In this document: in pieces, positions 62,251 through 64,000 of the stretch
How the letters are laid out: each line of letters starts with the position of its first letter
Position numbering within the stretch: the stretch's first letter is position 1
Assembly: GCA_949527715.1 (NCBI GenBank)
Contig: CATEWF010000001.1
Span: forward strand, 9,883 to 73,882
DNA: 64,000 bases
Direction of reading: 5' to 3'
DNA from: an uncultured Mycoplasmatota bacterium
GTDB taxonomy: Bacteria; Bacillota_I; Bacilli_A; Mycoplasmatales; Mycoplasmoidaceae
Position numbers and translations under genes: made by a program
Notes under the pieces: generated by a model
Databases searched by the model: none
What the model was told of the DNA's origin: nothing
What the model saw: only the letters and a program-made list of their open reading frames with translations

Positions 62251-63369
62251 TTATTTATTAATTGCATTTTGTGTATTATTGGAGATAACATTGCAAATAA
62301 CGTGTTGAGGATTAAAGTCCATAACATCTTTAACATTGCAATAACTCATTGCAGAACACAAATAAGAAGCCATATTATCTACCCATTGAGGTACAGTACC
62401 ACTTACACGAAAATCTTTATGTATTCCTTCAGAAGTCTTGGTCTTTTTACCATTGATTGAACATTGTCCTTCTTTTGAAGCCATACCATAAAATTCTTTC
62501 ATTATGACATTTTTTTCATTTAGTTTCAGGAACGAATTCCAATCAGTATTATATTTTAAACGACCCCAAGAATATGTACTGCCATCTTCATATAAACGAT
62601 ATGTTTCACCTGCGCTTTCAATACATGAAGCAAACAAACCACCAATCATTACATAATCTGCTCCCAAAGATAATGCCTTAATTACATCGGAATAGTTTCG
62701 TATTCCACCATCAGCAATAATTTTAGGCATTTCATCCCATTCTTTTTTCAAATAGTTATTGTTATGATACGTGTTCAATTTCAATTCATATGCTTCATTT
62801 ATAAGTGAAGCCATTGGATAATGAATTGATGTATTACTTGAAGTGATACACCCAGAACCACCACCAATACCACATCTTACATAATCAATATCATATTTAT
62901 AACATTCAAAATAAGTTTCTGGATTAGCGATATTTCCTATCATAACAATAAGTTTATCTTTACCATGTAACTTTTTGGCATATTTAACTGCCTCATATAA
63001 CTGTTTCATATGTCCATTTGCCACATCAATAAGAACTTTCCAAGGAGTTTCGTGAATACTATCATATTCGTTAAAACACAATTCCTTAAATTCTTTTAGT
63101 GAAAACGCAGCCCATTTACCTGATTTAGCATAATTTATTCTTGTTACCAAATCAATATTTCTTGGTAAAATACTGTAAATACCATTATCCTCAAAATATT
63201 GACAATTTAAAGTATCTACCACAGTACTCATTGGTGCAGTAAATATAGGTAGCATTTTATTTTCCTTATCAATATAAGGATTACATTCTTTTCGTGAATT
63301 AATTTCAGATAGAACACAAGGTTCTACCATAATATCATTATATGAATATAGAATTTTTGTATGTAGCAT
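62251..63369 (-). CDS. IMP dehydrogenase / GMP reductase family enzyme without CBS insert (372 aa)
   Basis: Catalytic loop GIGGGSGCITSS, phosphate-binding IADGGIRNYSDVIKALSLGADYVMIGG; size fits GMP-reductase-like members. Confidence 0.8.
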   Translation of the reverse strand: MLHTKILYSYNDIMVEPCVLSEINSRKECNPYIDKENKMLPIFTAPMSTVVDTLNCQYFEDNGIYSILPRNIDLVTRINYAKSGKWAAFSLKEFKELCFNEYDSIHETPWKVLIDVANGHMKQLYEAVKYAKKLHGKDKLIVMIGNIANPETYFECYKYDIDYVRCGIGGGSGCITSSNTSIHYPMASLINEAYELKLNTYHNNNYLKKEWDEMPKIIADGGIRNYSDVIKALSLGADYVMIGGLFASCIESAGETYRLYEDGSTYSWGRLKYNTDWNSFLKLNEKNVIMKEFYGMASKEGQCSINGKKTKTSEGIHKDFRVSGTVPQWVDNMASYLCSAMSYCNVKDVMDFNPQHVICNVISNNTQNAINK

Positions 63370-63411
63370 AATTACGTTTTTGTTTAATTAATATTTAAAA
63401 TAAATCTATTG

Positions 63412-63442
63412 CAAATATACAAATTATATGTTGAAAAACAAA
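63412..63442 (-). promoter_or_regulatory. Bacteroidota-type promoter
   Basis: On the - strand: TTTG (63442-63439), TAtaTTTG (63419-63412), 19-nt spacer, GCA downstream. Confidence 0.6.
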
Positions 63443-63474
63443 AATATTTCTATTAAAAAAATCTAACCGAATAA

Positions 63475-64000
63475 TCTTAATGAAGGATCTGCTTTAACTT
63501 CTGTTTTTTCATAACTACCATTCATTATAAGTGGTTGTTCATTGATTAGTTCTTTTGTGATTAAACTATTGAAATTATCAATATGTTCTTCCAATGAATA
63601 TGAAGATACTTTCTCAGAAAAAGCATAACAATTAGCATTATATGTGTCATAAAAAAATTGTGCTAATTTATTTTCATCACCACCAACATATTCAATTGAA
63701 CGATTAAAAACAAGGTCTAATTCTTGTAAAAATATCCAATATTCACTTATTAAGATATTTTTGATTTTTTGATAATTGACCCATGTTTCACGTTCACTTT
63801 CAATTGTACCACCAGCAATCGGATTACAGATACTTATTCCATTACTTACTAAATGTTGATTATCGGCAATCTTTAAACTAATCCATTTATTGACCTTTTT
63901 ATTGTTAGTGCCTCTATATGTTTCAAATTTTTCTTTAAATTTAACACATATTATACTAACATTTTGTGTTTTGTAACGTTTAATAGAAAAATCTATAATA
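63475..64000 (-). CDS. hypothetical protein, 5'-truncated by the window edge
   Basis: Hand translation of the - strand frame is open from 63999 (..IIDFSIKRYKTQNVSIICVKF..) to TAA at 63477-63475 (..TEVKADPSH*); not in the ORF track. Confidence 0.6.

Noticed and set aside
48200-62460. Plus-strand ORFs inside the - strand block (48200..48382, 48270..48512, 50642..50836, 51761..51958, 53317..53586, 53709..54011, 53848..54111, 55586..55798, 58372..58608, 62269..62460) and nested - strand ORFs (53744..53929, 55545..55727, 58957..59205)
   Set aside because: They are antisense to, or out of frame within, recognisable genes (intein nuclease, TnpB, methyltransferase, GMPR-like enzyme and others). Their composition is typical of spurious ORFs.
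1-64000. Stop-codon reassignment (TAG or TGA recoding, as in some phages of Bacteroidota)
   Set aside because: Genes with recognisable domains are full length under the standard code. TAA, TGA and TAG all appear as terminal stops next to the following start or promoter. The few frame problems map to homopolymer runs, not to a particular stop codon. Only one isolated in-frame TAA (1838-1840) and the tnpB TAG / HNH juxtaposition were seen.
1-64000. tRNA or rRNA genes, integrase or attachment sites, and structural (capsid, tail, terminase) genes
   Set aside because: Intergenic gaps are short and filled by promoter or terminator motifs. I saw no cloverleaf-like GC-rich segment and no T-loop GGTTCGAAT-type motif. 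No integrase, terminase, portal or capsid signatures were recognisable by eye. A tRNAscan or HMM run is still needed to be certain.

Overview
This AT-rich window (roughly 28-30% GC by eye) is tightly packed with genes and looks like part of a large dsDNA phage. I found no rRNA, tRNA or CRISPR array by eye. Coordinates 1-47929 are transcribed on the + strand. Coordinates 47984-64000 are transcribed on the - strand. The two blocks converge on a bidirectional hairpin terminator at about 47936-47973. The host is probably a member of Bacteroidota. About 30 intergenic sites carry the -33 TTTG / -7 TAnnTTTG promoter architecture with an almost invariant 20-nt spacer, and start codons lack Shine-Dalgarno motifs. 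Most + strand genes are small proteins of unknown function, as in a phage early region, and many are short membrane proteins. Functions recognisable from motifs fall into five groups. (1) RNA repair: a Thg1-like 3'-5' polymerase, two KxDG RNA-ligase-like enzymes, a zinc-ribbon/2H-phosphoesterase fusion and a P-loop kinase. (2) NAD+: a single operon encoding Sir2, a hypothetical protein, GmrSD-like DUF262/DUF1524 and NadD, plus a separate nicotinamidase-like hydrolase. (3) DNA-related: ParB/DUF262-superfamily proteins, SSB, a eukaryotic-type Ser/Thr kinase, a vWA protein, and a 900-aa multidomain protein followed by an HExxH protein. (4) Selfish elements: a free-standing HNH homing endonuclease, a LAGLIDADG intein with class-3 (WCT) hallmarks inside a PD-(D/E)XK nuclease, and a solo TnpB element abutting a second HNH gene. 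(5) - strand block: two adjacent DNA methyltransferases (the Dam-like one is broken in a C9 tract), a DUF4406-like protein, a small ABC-like ATPase and an IMPDH/GMP-reductase-family enzyme. All functional calls come from motif recognition by eye and need HMM or structure searches to confirm.
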